Counted from the first letter of the stretch, positions 7,901-16,578 are shown. The stretch is DNA of 64,000 nucleotides from Pirellulales bacterium (GCA_046349855.1 JAXMBM010000013.1:4269-68268), one strand, 5' to 3'. The notes: a model not told the origin generated them from the letters alone. Numbers and translations are program-made.

Positions 7901-10782
7901 GACGAAACGGGATTTTGCCTTTGCAGAGCCGTATGAGGGCGACTCCATACCATGCGTCCCGTCGCCACTTCCCACATTGCCGCCACATACGACGTCGGCG
8001 GTCCCCCCGCATGGTGCTGGGTAACGACATATCGCCCATCTGGCACCCAAACCACGGCGTTGGCCGGAGGCATGTCACTCGACCCAAGCGTGGAGAGGGG
8101 CGCGCCGGTCGTCAAGTCGAAGAGCTGCAGACGCCAACCTTGTGGTTCGGGCCAAGGCGAGTAAACGGCGGTTTGAGCTCCGTCGGGTGACCAGCCGATG
8201 ATCGCGCCTAGCTGATTGTCGTGCGGACCCCCATGGCGGAACTTCACGTTTCCCGAGCGATCGCAGGCCAGAACTTCGCCTTGCTCGTTGACTCCGGCGA
8301 TCACGCCGTTGCACGACCAGCCAGCGCCGTAATGAAATTGGGGCAAGGACGTAATCTCGTCGCCATTGACGGTACCGCTGCCTGGCGCTCCGCCAAACAC
8401 AAGCTGCTTCCCATCCGGCGACCAACCGAGATCATAGATTTCTTGACCTTGCGGGAGGGCGATGGTACGGGAAGGTTGCTTCTCGCCAGGTTGCCAGATG
8501 CGAATTCCGAAATCGCGGCCACCGGTCGCCAACTCGTGGCCTTGTGGAGACCAAGCCAGGGCCAGGACCGCGGGAGTCTGCGGAAGGGCCTGCTCAGGTT
8601 GCTCGGTCTCCGTGTTCCAGAGTACGACCTGGGTCGCGTATTCGCCTGCCAGCGCCAACCGCTTTCCATCCGGCGACCAACTCACGACGGTGCTCGTCGT
8701 CGCCAGGATTTCACGGGGAGACTCCTCCGTCGCGACGCGCCACAAACGCAAGGTGGAACCGTTGGCGATGGCCAACGTCGAGCCCGTGGGCGACCAGGCG
8801 AGCCCCGCCTTGTTATAAAGAAGAGGGCCCGAACAGGAGCGTATCGCCCGTCCCGTGTCGACCTCCCACAATTCAATGCGCCCTGTGACTCCACTGCTGC
8901 AACTGGCCAACACATCCCCGCGTGGCGACCACTCCAGGTCCACCACGTCGTAACCACTCGTCACGAGCATCCTCTGCAACTCGCCCTTTTCGCTCCAGAT
9001 GCGCACGACGCCATCGTCACCACCGGTGGCCAGGAGCGTTCCCAGGGGATTCCAGGCCGCACAACGCAAGGGCGCTCGCGGAATGGTCGACTCCACCGTC
9101 CAGCTCAAGACGCCGGGGAGTTTTTCTGGATGACTTACCAGCGACGTGGCGCTCATCGAACCGCTGGGATGCAGAGTGATCGCTTCGCGTGGCAGATCGG
9201 CTGCCTTGAGGAGTGGTCGTCCCAGATCGTTGTAGCCACCTGGTGACACGGCAGGCGAGTCTGCGGGCCCTGGTGGCAGCTTCTTAGCTGGGGAGGGCTT
9301 CGGAGGGGCGCCATCGCCGTCGTCGACGATTACCGCGGACCCACCTTTGGGGACCTGAAATCTTCCCACTTCGCGCCCGTCGCGATCGCGAACGATGATC
9401 CAAATCGTCGACGCCAGGATCAGGAATCCGGCGGCCATCGTGGCCGCCAAGACGGGGCGGCGAAACCAGGGGGGCACATCTGCTCCTGCCGCCCGATTGT
9501 CTAAACACGCGGGGGCGCTGGTCGCGGAGCGCTGCTCCGAAGTCCTGTGTCGGTCCACCGTTTCGCCAAACCCGGTAGTGGGCTGTTCGAAAGAGGCCGT
9601 TCCTGAGAGTGCCTGTTCATGGACGTCGGGTCCGCACTCCAAGAGCGCGGCCGGTCGACTCGCCCCCACCCATGGCGCGAGCGAGGTGCTCACTTCCGCG
9701 GCCGACGCGAATCGCTCTGCGGGATTCTTGGCCAACATTCGGTGCACGATTTCGGCGAGCGCCGCGGGAATGTCGTTGCGCAAAGTGCGAATATCGACGA
9801 TCGGAGAATGCAAATGCGCCAGGATCATGCGCAGCGGCTTGTCGCGGTGTCCTTCGCCGTAAGGGGTCCGCCCCGTTAGCAGTTTGTAGAATGTAACGCC
9901 GAGACTGTAGATGTCAGCGCGCGGGCCGATCGCGTGACTGTCAATCGCCTGTTCAGGTGCAATGTACTCGGGCGTGCCAACCAATTGGGATTCTTCGGTC
10001 AGTTCATCACCCACACGTACCCCGGGTTGCAGAACGGCCAAGCCAAGGTCGAGCAGCTTGATGTCGCCCGCCGTCGTCAGAATGAGATTTGACGGCTTGA
10101 TGTCGCGGTGCACGAGTCCATGCTGGTGCGCGTGCTCCAAGCCGACGGCCGCCTGACGAATGATCTCGCACGCCTCGGCGATGGGAAATGGCTGGCTGCG
10201 CCGCTTCATGAGTTGCGCCAAGTCGCAGCCACTGACCGCCTCCATAACCAGAAAATGAACACCCTCAAATTCGTCGGCGTCGTAGGCACGGACAATGTTG
10301 GGGTGTTCGAGTTTTCCGACCGCCCTCATTTCAGACTCAAAGCGCGCCAGCGAGTTCTTATCCGCGATTCGACTGGGTGAAAGCACCTTGAGCGCCACTC
10401 GCCGATCCAGGCGGGCCTGCCGAGCCAGGTAGACCGTTCCCATGCCACCCTGACCCAGCCGTCCCAGGAGTTCGTACTTGCCGAGCCAGCCGAGTTTCAG
10501 CGCCGCAGGTGGGTCCTCTTTCGAAAGTGGGAAATCATAAAACAATTCCACGCGGGCTAGCGCTTCGGCACACACTGCTGGCAAGCCGGTATCGGGTGCG
10601 ACATCACGCAGTTCCCGCAGCTCGGACACGAGCGTGTCGTGGAGCTGATCCAACGTGTCGACGACGTTCTGGCATTCCCGACAGGATTCCAGGTGATTGG
10701 AAACCGCATCGAGCTGCTCTTCAGGGAGAAGGCCGTCGAGGAAGTCGATGTACGATTCACGCGCGGGGCAGCCGAAAGCCAT
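4951..10782 (-). CDS. Giant Ser/Thr protein kinase: N-terminal zinc-finger (ZAS-like HxxxCxxC) domain, Hanks kinase domain, one TM helix, and two WD40-propeller super-repeats
   Basis: The 1943-aa ORF reads C5...H30LESCRECQ at the N-terminus. Kinase motifs are GQGGMGTVYLA, HRDIKPSNLIL, DLGLA and GTPEYIAPE. The TM helix is VLAATMAAGFLILASTIWIIV. Many WD40-like repeats follow (GGDDGVVRIWS, GGDDGTVRLWDV). Confidence 0.9.
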   Translation of the reverse strand: MAFGCPARESYIDFLDGLLPEEQLDAVSNHLESCRECQNVVDTLDQLHDTLVSELRELRDVAPDTGLPAVCAEALARVELFYDFPLSKEDPPAALKLGWLGKYELLGRLGQGGMGTVYLARQARLDRRVALKVLSPSRIADKNSLARFESEMRAVGKLEHPNIVRAYDADEFEGVHFLVMEAVSGCDLAQLMKRRSQPFPIAEACEIIRQAAVGLEHAHQHGLVHRDIKPSNLILTTAGDIKLLDLGLAVLQPGVRVGDELTEESQLVGTPEYIAPEQAIDSHAIGPRADIYSLGVTFYKLLTGRTPYGEGHRDKPLRMILAHLHSPIVDIRTLRNDIPAALAEIVHRMLAKNPAERFASAAEVSTSLAPWVGASRPAALLECGPDVHEQALSGTASFEQPTTGFGETVDRHRTSEQRSATSAPACLDNRAAGADVPPWFRRPVLAATMAAGFLILASTIWIIVRDRDGREVGRFQVPKGGSAVIVDDGDGAPPKPSPAKKLPPGPADSPAVSPGGYNDLGRPLLKAADLPREAITLHPSGSMSATSLVSHPEKLPGVLSWTVESTIPRAPLRCAAWNPLGTLLATGGDDGVVRIWSEKGELQRMLVTSGYDVVDLEWSPRGDVLASCSSGVTGRIELWEVDTGRAIRSCSGPLLYNKAGLAWSPTGSTLAIANGSTLRLWRVATEESPREILATTSTVVSWSPDGKRLALAGEYATQVVLWNTETEQPEQALPQTPAVLALAWSPQGHELATGGRDFGIRIWQPGEKQPSRTIALPQGQEIYDLGWSPDGKQLVFGGAPGSGTVNGDEITSLPQFHYGAGWSCNGVIAGVNEQGEVLACDRSGNVKFRHGGPHDNQLGAIIGWSPDGAQTAVYSPWPEPQGWRLQLFDLTTGAPLSTLGSSDMPPANAVVWVPDGRYVVTQHHAGGPPTSYVAAMWEVATGRMVWSRPHTALQRQNPVSSSGRFVGAFDTEKNSRLVLETSTGKVVSDLGADKAAQVIAWSADDSILAMVGIESPAITLWNTDTGDLLGELACQGTYSPAFHPDGKRILTSGVMFGDKGGLGIWDLASRQLLQYLAMPDGRCAGFVLPESKQFVGLRDHRNLRVWDSDAELQVDYAGGLPWRGSLRVHVTPDRRVLLAESERQGVFALELATGRRQGCLIGLPHHRLLLIGEEGHFRAVTPRAESTLAYVVNTPRGQETLSVREFADRFRRPNDPARAHLVTPQRIAQTAGLKRDTRANTAGVTTGEPAVTAAMSRLALVGHPAPLPGVRSWSLETRGHRGAVRATACSPDGRLFASGGDDGTVRLWDVATGRLVRMLVAHNQPVLSLAFSSDNQFLASGGYADNEGTSVHIWRTATGRRERVFGLHGLDAHSLAWAKKPNRIWIAGDRTELLLFDLTSDQPVRTITVGIRAERMSLSPDKNHVAICDNSAAVVYDLDTAMPIAELNCAAPDARIAWAPDSQRVALTSANGVIELWNVRENKKLTSFREKREQPRATEISWAPQGELVALTGADQEIWDVSTGAKVAAGPIDGGTALGLPAWSPDGRLLIQACEDSRIRIYDVPRYTLVRKIDGHRVSAYPTTTRGAAWSSDGRGLAIFTGSADERANWLRIVDTETGEDTASLSSASDHAVTWRPNTRELAVTRWTEGSGAIVFYGNGLGQPIRTLELGKTSRPSPLTFSPDGNRFALSVDGIARIYSVDNLAMPVELPGTRGADLLFAWSPDGNQLALAAQAGTEVAIWDIAERTLVRKFPNSNLEQVRELAWSPDGTLLVTVPPHCRSFHFIDPHTGDLLKTVSNPTGGWGGFWPENVRQFAAFNYGSACRWIDLGTGADIRTVRGYQPFLSALSPDRRSMASAEENALYLWNFDTGRRHGTQVWLTRYHSATIGASGHYRVSHPLVQSELQYVVDTGAGQEMLNAAKFAADYGWMNDPAQAKLWQAIR

Positions 10783-10856
10783 GGTACGCTCACCGGTAAA
10801 GAGGAAGTCGATCCTGCTACCAGACGTAACGATGGGGTGTGACAGAAAAACGGCGA

Positions 10857-11480
10857 TTACTCGCCTTCACTGCCCGCCAGGAACTGACGTAACCTCGCTA
10901 GTACACGAGACTTGGCCTTGCGAACAGCGGTCGCGTTCATGCCCAGTTCCGCCCCAACCTGCGTGGCATTCAACCCGTCCACCGTCGTCCTCCAGAAGGC
11001 CTTCCAGGTGTGCGGCTCAAAATCGTCTCGCAGGAGATCCAATGCCCTCAGGTACACTCGCTGGGTGTCACCACGTAAATCTTCCCGGGAAGTGCTGCCG
11101 ATCGACGATTCGGCGGCCAGCTCTGCCAGGAGTCGCTGCTGAGCGGAGTCGCCCGTCCCTTGTGGCTGACGGCGTTCGCGACGCCACCAATCCACGATCG
11201 CATGATCCGTAATGACGCGCAGCCACCCTTGAAATGTATCGCCGGCGGCGTCTCGACGGAAATCTCCTATTTTTCGCGCGACGATCTGAAACACCTCCTG
11301 GGCGACATCCGCCGCATCCGCCTCCTGCATATTCCGCCGGAGGCACCAGCGGACGACCAGAGGCCCGTAGATCTGTACCAATTGCCGCCAAGCTTCCGCT
11401 TCGCGTTCTTTGACGCGTCGGATCAGGTTCGATGACGTCGAACTGCGATCCCCTTCGCTCCGGTCCACAGAATCCGCCAT
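10857..11480 (-). CDS. ECF-type RNA polymerase sigma-70 family factor
   Basis: The 207-aa ORF has a region-2-like stretch (EAWRQLVQIYGPLVVRWCLRR...DVAQEVFQIVARKIGDFRRD...FQGWLRVITDHAIVDWWRR). It also has a region-4 HTH-like stretch (LNATQVGAELGMNATAVRKAKSRVLARLRQ). It lies 74 nt upstream of the kinase on the same strand. Confidence 0.9.
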   Translation of the reverse strand: MADSVDRSEGDRSSTSSNLIRRVKEREAEAWRQLVQIYGPLVVRWCLRRNMQEADAADVAQEVFQIVARKIGDFRRDAAGDTFQGWLRVITDHAIVDWWRRERRQPQGTGDSAQQRLLAELAAESSIGSTSREDLRGDTQRVYLRALDLLRDDFEPHTWKAFWRTTVDGLNATQVGAELGMNATAVRKAKSRVLARLRQFLAGSEGE

Positions 11481-11582
11481 CTGTCGGTTCGCACCCTCCA
11501 GCGACTTCCCGTCTATAACGACGACCTCATGGTAGTCGCGTTGAGTACCTCAGGCAATCCAAGCTGGGGGGGGACGTGTCAG

Positions 11583-11818
11583 GTAGCTTGACTACATCGC
11601 TCTTCCACCGACCGAAGGTCGGTGGAGCTGGAACTTGGCTGGCGGGGGGGATTCGATCGAGCGCGCCACCCGACAGGTGGCGGACGCAACGTTGACCCAA
11701 GTCCGGCGCGCAGCGCGTGATCGCCTCCGCCCGCTTGGTCAGCTCTTCGTGACCATCTGCCCCCATTCCCGCTTCTCCACCGACCTTCGGTCGGTGGTCC
11801 CTCGAGCCGCCAAGCTAC
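11583..11818. repeat. R1 element copy A: ~235-bp GC-rich element with imperfect terminal inverted repeats (MITE/REP-like)
   Basis: It starts GTAGCTTGAC...TTCCACCGACCGAAGGTCGGTGGAGCTGG and ends ...TCTCCACCGACCTTCGGTCGGTGGTCCCTCGAGCCGCCAAGCTAC. The ends are reverse complements (GTAGCTTG/CAAGCTAC, plus a 21-nt hairpin block). It is near-identical to copy B. Boundaries are +/-15 nt. Confidence 0.8.
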
Positions 11819-12313
11819 CGCATCGCCGCCGCGCGCACCGGCCGAGAACCATGGACCGTGAGCTTCAAGGGATCGCTCCCAACAATTCTCCGGCTCCTGC
11901 CATTGCTCGCCGCGAACATTTCCACCGACGAATGGTGCACCACGCTTCTCCAGGCCATCGCCGAACACACCGTAGGTAACCGTCCCGACCGCGCAGAACC
12001 CCGCGTCAAGAAACGCCGTCCCAAACCCGATCGCACAATGACCAAGCCGCGCCAAGAATACAAGAAACCGTGTTGCGCAATGATGTTAGAAAGTCCAAGT
12101 GCCATTCAGTCCAGGCACCTTTTCCGCAATCCTTTTCCGCAATAACAGGTGGCATTCGCCGCCGACAAGGTTAAGCTAGTCAATGGATTCCGGCCGTGCT
12201 TCCGGTTCGTCCCCGCCGCCTGTACTCGCCAGGCGCCAGGCGACGGCCGCGTGCTCGCGGATCGGCGTCTTTCTCATCAGCGGTGTCGTCGCTCATCACA
12301 AGGGGATTCCTCC

Positions 12314-13972
12314 ATGTCCCGGATCGATTCCAGGTGGTTGCCGTGCATCTTCTTGCTGTTGGCCGCGGTTGGTAGCGTCGGAGCGCCAGCGGCGAACGTA
12401 GGGGCTCAGGAGACCAAGGAATCGGCGCCCCAATCGCCACCCGCTGCCGGGCCGAACGGCGCCGAGCGTTCTACCGCCGAGGCGCGGCGAACGAGGCTCG
12501 CCGCGGCGCTGGCCACTCCGGTCGACGCCGAGTTCTTCGATGTGCCCTTGAACGACGTCGTCGCGTTCTTGAACGACGCCACCGGCGCGTCCATCACGTT
12601 CGATAAACGCGCGATCGAATCCTCGGGGATCAGCATGGACACCCCGGTGACGCTGAGGGCCAAGCAAAAATCACTGCGGTCGGTGTTGAATCTACTGCTC
12701 AGGGAAACGGACCTGATTTGGGTCGTCCGATCAGGCGACATTCGGATTACGACGGTGGATTGCAGCGGTCAATTGGAAACGGTCGTACTCGACGTTTCCG
12801 ATCTCGTGCTCCCAGGTACAGATGATTTTAGGCAGTCAAAGTTGGAATTGATCGACGTGATTCAAGGCCATACGGGCAGTCCGAATCCGGGTTGGGTCGA
12901 TGACGGCGGTACAGGCGAGTTCGACATTTCCGATGACGGTATGCTGGCTGTGACATCGTTGGGAATGGTCGTGCGCAGCGTCGAGGAACTGGTCGCGACG
13001 CTGCGCGCCCAGCGAGCCGCAGTGGCGAAAGGGGAAGGTAAGGAATCAAGACCGACGGTCACGTTCACGCAGCAACAAGGACTGGATGCCGCCCTGGAAG
13101 AAAAGCTGAAGGCGCCCGCCACGGTCAACTTCGTCGATGCGCCGCTGTCGGAAGTTTGCCAATTCATCGAGGCACGCTATGGAGTCGACATCGTCTTTGT
13201 CCGGCGTTACTTGGACTCCGTCGGAGTGTCGTTGGACACTTCGATCACGTTGCGCAAAGAGGATGCGCCCCTGGGCGACATTCTGCAGGACATATTGCAA
13301 CCGCTCGATCTCGCGTATGCCGTGCGCGATGAAGTCGTGCTGGTTACGACAATGGACTCGCTGACGCACCGCCTGCGTTGGGGCGTCTATTCGGTGGCCG
13401 ATTTCCTGGACTCCCGCGAATCCGACGACGTAACGGCAACACTTAATGGTCTGTCAAATCGAATTATTCGCCATTGCGGCCATCCCCTTCCCGGTTGGGT
13501 AGACGACGGTGGGATCGGTCGTATTTCCACCTTGACCGCCGCCAAAGTGCTGGTCATTTCCACGACCGACGACGTGCATGAAAGTGTGAGTCGACTGCTG
13601 AAAGAGCTTCGCGAGAAACGCGCCGCGCGGGGCCCCCTGCCGCCCCTTTCGACGAAGTATGAACTGCGTTCCTACCGGTTGGTGCAGACGCCGGGTTCGA
13701 CACCGATCGAATCCCAATCGCTGTTCGCCGTGCTGAGCGAAATCCTTCCCAAAGAAACCTGGCTCCACCATCCGAAGCAGCTCGGCGATCTCATCATCAT
13801 CGAACAGACGCCGGCCGGTCACCGTGAACTCGTGCGCATGGTCCAAAAGCTGGGGATCCCCTTGTCTTCCCCCCAAGCACTTCCCGCGCATCAAGGAAAA
13901 GGATTCGGAGGCTTCTTGAGTGGCGGGGGCGACATGGGTGGAAGTCGAGCCAGCGGCGGCGCCGGTTTCTAG
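12314..13972 (+). CDS. Secreted protein of unknown function with an internal two-module duplication (STN/secretin-N0-like segments)
   Basis: I chose ATG 12314 (AAGGGGA upstream; signal-like MSRIDSRWLPCIFLLLAAVGSVGAPAANVGAQ) over the track's GTG at 12149. The first module reads VDAEFFDVPLNDVVAFLNDATGASITF...LRSVLNLLLRETDLIWVVRSGDIRITTVD. It recurs as VNFVDAPLSEVCQFIEARYGVDIVF...LGDILQDILQPLDLAYAVRDEVVLVTTMD. Each copy is followed by a G(H)xxxPxPGWVDDGGxG segment. Confidence 0.75.
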   Translation: MSRIDSRWLPCIFLLLAAVGSVGAPAANVGAQETKESAPQSPPAAGPNGAERSTAEARRTRLAAALATPVDAEFFDVPLNDVVAFLNDATGASITFDKRAIESSGISMDTPVTLRAKQKSLRSVLNLLLRETDLIWVVRSGDIRITTVDCSGQLETVVLDVSDLVLPGTDDFRQSKLELIDVIQGHTGSPNPGWVDDGGTGEFDISDDGMLAVTSLGMVVRSVEELVATLRAQRAAVAKGEGKESRPTVTFTQQQGLDAALEEKLKAPATVNFVDAPLSEVCQFIEARYGVDIVFVRRYLDSVGVSLDTSITLRKEDAPLGDILQDILQPLDLAYAVRDEVVLVTTMDSLTHRLRWGVYSVADFLDSRESDDVTATLNGLSNRIIRHCGHPLPGWVDDGGIGRISTLTAAKVLVISTTDDVHESVSRLLKELREKRAARGPLPPLSTKYELRSYRLVQTPGSTPIESQSLFAVLSEILPKETWLHHPKQLGDLIIIEQTPAGHRELVRMVQKLGIPLSSPQALPAHQGKGFGGFLSGGGDMGGSRASGGAGF

Positions 13973-14075
13973 CCTTGGTGGTCAGAAAGGTGTCAGGACT
14001 CGTTTTTGCGTGTCCTGGCGTCGCTCGGCTTGCGGGGGCTGCGTTTGGCGCAGAAGAGAGCGGGCTGCGCTCGGC

Positions 14076-14310
14076 GTAGCTTGACGACATCGCTATTCCA
14101 CCGACCGAAGGTCGGTGGAGCTGGGACTTGGCTGGCGGGGCTATTCGATCGAGCGCGCCACCCGACAGGTGGCGGACGCAACGTTGACCCAAGTCCGGCG
14201 CGCAGCGCGTGATCGCCTCCGCCCGCTTCGTCAGCTCTTCGTGACCTTCTGCCCCCATTCCCGCTTCTCCACCGACCTTCGGTCGGTGGTCCCTCGAGCC
14301 GCCAAGCTAC
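14076..14310. repeat. R1 element copy B
   Basis: Same termini and interior as copy A. It is preceded by the block GCGTTTGGCGCAGAAGAGAGCGGGCTGCGCTCGGC, which is also found before copies D and E. Confidence 0.8.
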
Positions 14311-14315
14311 GCTCA

Positions 14316-14357
14316 TCGCCTACAATCTGTCGCCTACAGCCTGTCGCCTACAATCGG
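14316..14357. repeat. 3 x 14-bp tandem repeat (TCGCCTACAATCTG / TCGCCTACAGCCTG / TCGCCTACAATCGG)
   Basis: Read directly from the sequence. It lies between R1 copy B and the right R2 arm. Confidence 0.7.
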
Positions 14358-14444
14358 AGCCTGACGAAGAGTCCTGACACCTTTTCGGCGTGAGTTGCCG
14401 ACGCGGGAAAGATCTGGCATTCTATCGTTCGAGAGGGGGAGGCA

Positions 14445-16541
14445 ATGGTAACCACGGTCTGCATCCGTCGGCTTATTCTGGCTCTGACGCTGTTCCTGCT
14501 GCCCGCATCGCGGATGTTGGCCGGAGAAGCGGAGGAAACGGGAATCGTACGGCGGGCGGTCCCGCAGCATCTGGCCGGTCACCAGAACTCGGTGTTTTCC
14601 ATCGAGGTGTCGCCGGCTGGCGATCGCCTGCTGTCGGGCGGTGCAGACCGCAAGGTAATCCTGTGGGATACGATGTCCGGTGCTCAGCGCGCGATCAATC
14701 AGGATCCGGGCGGCGGGATGCTCGACGTGGCCTTTGCCACAGGTGACTCGGTGGTGCTGGCGGGCGGAGATCCCGGTGAAGTGCTGGTGCTCGACGCCAC
14801 GGATCTCCAGCTCCGGCGAAAGCTCTCTTTTCCCTTCCGCAGCAGTCGCTTCGACACGCACGGCGGCCGGCATTGGGTGGCCGTGGGGGGAGTCACGGGC
14901 ACGATCCTGTTGTATGACTATCGCAGCGGGACGGCCGTGCGCGAATTCCCGATTCATGGTTCCCGCGTCCTGGGGCTCGCCTTTTCACCCGACGGCGAAA
15001 CACTCTGGACGGCCGGAGATCAGCCGGGAAGCGGCGAGAAGATCTTCACGCTGCGTGCCACGAACACACGGACGGGAGCGTCGGTTGAGTTGGCCCGGTT
15101 GCCGGGACGACCGGTGCGGATGAGTCTTCATGGTGAGCGTTTGGCGCTCACTGCCGGCCCGGCCTTGCTGGTGTTCCACCTGCCGACGGGCCAGATGGAG
15201 CAGCAATGGACGTTACCTGAGGGGGGCGAGGCCCAGCAGCTCGTCTACTGGCCGCAGCATCAACTGTATGTATCGGCGTCGCCGACGGGGCGCGTGGATC
15301 TATGGCGACCGGGATCGCCCCGCGCCGTCGGTTCCTTCCGCGGCCACGAGCGGGCGTTGTTCCAGACGCTGCCGCTGGACAAACAGCGTCTGGTGACGGC
15401 CGCAGCCAGCGGTCAGCAGGGGTTGACGATCTGGACGCTGGAGCTGGCCGGCCTTCCCGGCACGGACGCGACGGCGTCGAGCGGAGCGGGGAAGTCGGTG
15501 GAGCCCGCGATGCGTTCCCCCGGCAATCCGCGCCCGGCTCCGCCGCCACCTCCCCCCATGCCACAGCCCAGCCCACAGCCCAGCCCGAAGCCGATGGTGC
15601 CGGCGCCGGACAGCAAATCGGACCCGCCGACATTGCCTCGCGCGCGACTGGCCGTGCCCGATGCGGCGCTGCGCGGGCAGAGTCTGGAAAAGATCCGGGA
15701 AGTGTTTCGCGATGATTACGACAAGTCGAAGAAGGGCGGAGACCGAGCCGCGTTGGCGCGGAAATTCCTGCAGCTCGCTCAGGATTCCCGCTCCGATCCG
15801 CCCGCGCACTATGTGCTGCTCTCCGAAGCCACTCGCCATGCGCTGGCGGGCGGCGACCTGGATCTCACCCTGCAGTTGATCCGTGAGCTTGAACAGTGGT
15901 ACGAGGTCGACGCCTGGGGACTCCGCGTCACAGCCTTCAATGAAATCGCCACCCACAAAATGCTCGATCGGCGGCAGTTGACCGTGGCCGCTTTGACGAG
16001 CGCGGCAGCGGCGGTCGAGGCCGGAGAACTGACGCGAGCGGGTGACATCCTGCGTGTGGCGGCGGCCGCGTCGACCCAGGTGCGGGACACCAAGTTGCGC
16101 GCCGATGTGGCGGCGCGGCGGAAGGAGCTGGAAGAATTGGGGCGCATCGCGGAACTGGGCGCTGCCGCCGGCCGGCGTCTGGAGACCGATCCGGAGAATG
16201 CCAAGGCCCATCTGGCCCGGGGCCGCTACCTGATCCTCATCCGCCGCGACTGGAACGCGGGACTCGACCATCTGGCCCGGGGCGACGACGAACGATTGCG
16301 CAGCTGTGCGGTCGCGGACCGGGCGGATCCACGGGACGTCGCCGCCACCCTGGCCGTCGCCGATCAGTGGTGGGACGCTGGCCAATCGGCCACCGGACTC
16401 GACAAACACCTCTGCCTGGCTCGTGCCTTGGTCCGCTATCGGCAGGTCGCGGGCGCCGCCGCCGCCCTGGACAAACTCCGCGCGGAAAGACGCATCAAGG
16501 AGATCCGCGACTCGGTGCCTGCGAACTGGTTGGTTCCTTGA
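14445..16541 (+). CDS. Secreted WD40-repeat protein with Pro-rich linker and C-terminal helical domain
   Basis: The 698-aa ORF has GGGGGAGG before the ATG and a signal-like N-terminus, RRLILALTLFLLPASRMLAGEA. WD40-like repeats include HQNSVFSIEVSPAGDRLLSGGADRKVILWD. The linker reads PAPPPPPPMPQPSPQPSPKP. Confidence 0.85.
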   Translation: MVTTVCIRRLILALTLFLLPASRMLAGEAEETGIVRRAVPQHLAGHQNSVFSIEVSPAGDRLLSGGADRKVILWDTMSGAQRAINQDPGGGMLDVAFATGDSVVLAGGDPGEVLVLDATDLQLRRKLSFPFRSSRFDTHGGRHWVAVGGVTGTILLYDYRSGTAVREFPIHGSRVLGLAFSPDGETLWTAGDQPGSGEKIFTLRATNTRTGASVELARLPGRPVRMSLHGERLALTAGPALLVFHLPTGQMEQQWTLPEGGEAQQLVYWPQHQLYVSASPTGRVDLWRPGSPRAVGSFRGHERALFQTLPLDKQRLVTAAASGQQGLTIWTLELAGLPGTDATASSGAGKSVEPAMRSPGNPRPAPPPPPPMPQPSPQPSPKPMVPAPDSKSDPPTLPRARLAVPDAALRGQSLEKIREVFRDDYDKSKKGGDRAALARKFLQLAQDSRSDPPAHYVLLSEATRHALAGGDLDLTLQLIRELEQWYEVDAWGLRVTAFNEIATHKMLDRRQLTVAALTSAAAAVEAGELTRAGDILRVAAAASTQVRDTKLRADVAARRKELEELGRIAELGAAAGRRLETDPENAKAHLARGRYLILIRRDWNAGLDHLARGDDERLRSCAVADRADPRDVAATLAVADQWWDAGQSATGLDKHLCLARALVRYRQVAGAAAALDKLRAERRIKEIRDSVPANWLVP

Positions 16542-16578
16542 GTTTCCTGGCTCCTTTCTGGCTACGAGGCGCCAGGAT

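Larger units (their letters stand above)
13989..14381. repeat. Composite element: R2 inverted-repeat arms (GGTGTCAGGACTC ... GAGTCCTGACACC) enclosing R1 copy B and extra repeat sequence
   Basis: The left arm is at 13989-14001 and the right arm at 14369-14381. The same two arms sit only ~18 nt apart in the compact R2 copies at 19050, 19280 and 20542. Confidence 0.7.

Noticed and set aside
12149-12313. Upstream extension of the 607-aa ORF from GTG 12149.
   Set aside because: The extension is Arg/Cys-rich with no signal peptide. ATG 12314 has an SD-like AAGGGGA and starts a typical signal sequence.
14006-14212. Small ORFs inside R1/R2 elements sharing peptide strings such as SLTTSLFHRPKVGGAGTW. 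Others are at 16584-16784, 17174-17416, 19168-19383 and 11527-11766.
   Set aside because: The conservation is at nucleotide level and equally strong on both strands. The shared strings cover palindromic hairpins. Starts and stops are not conserved between copies. I treat these as non-coding repeats.
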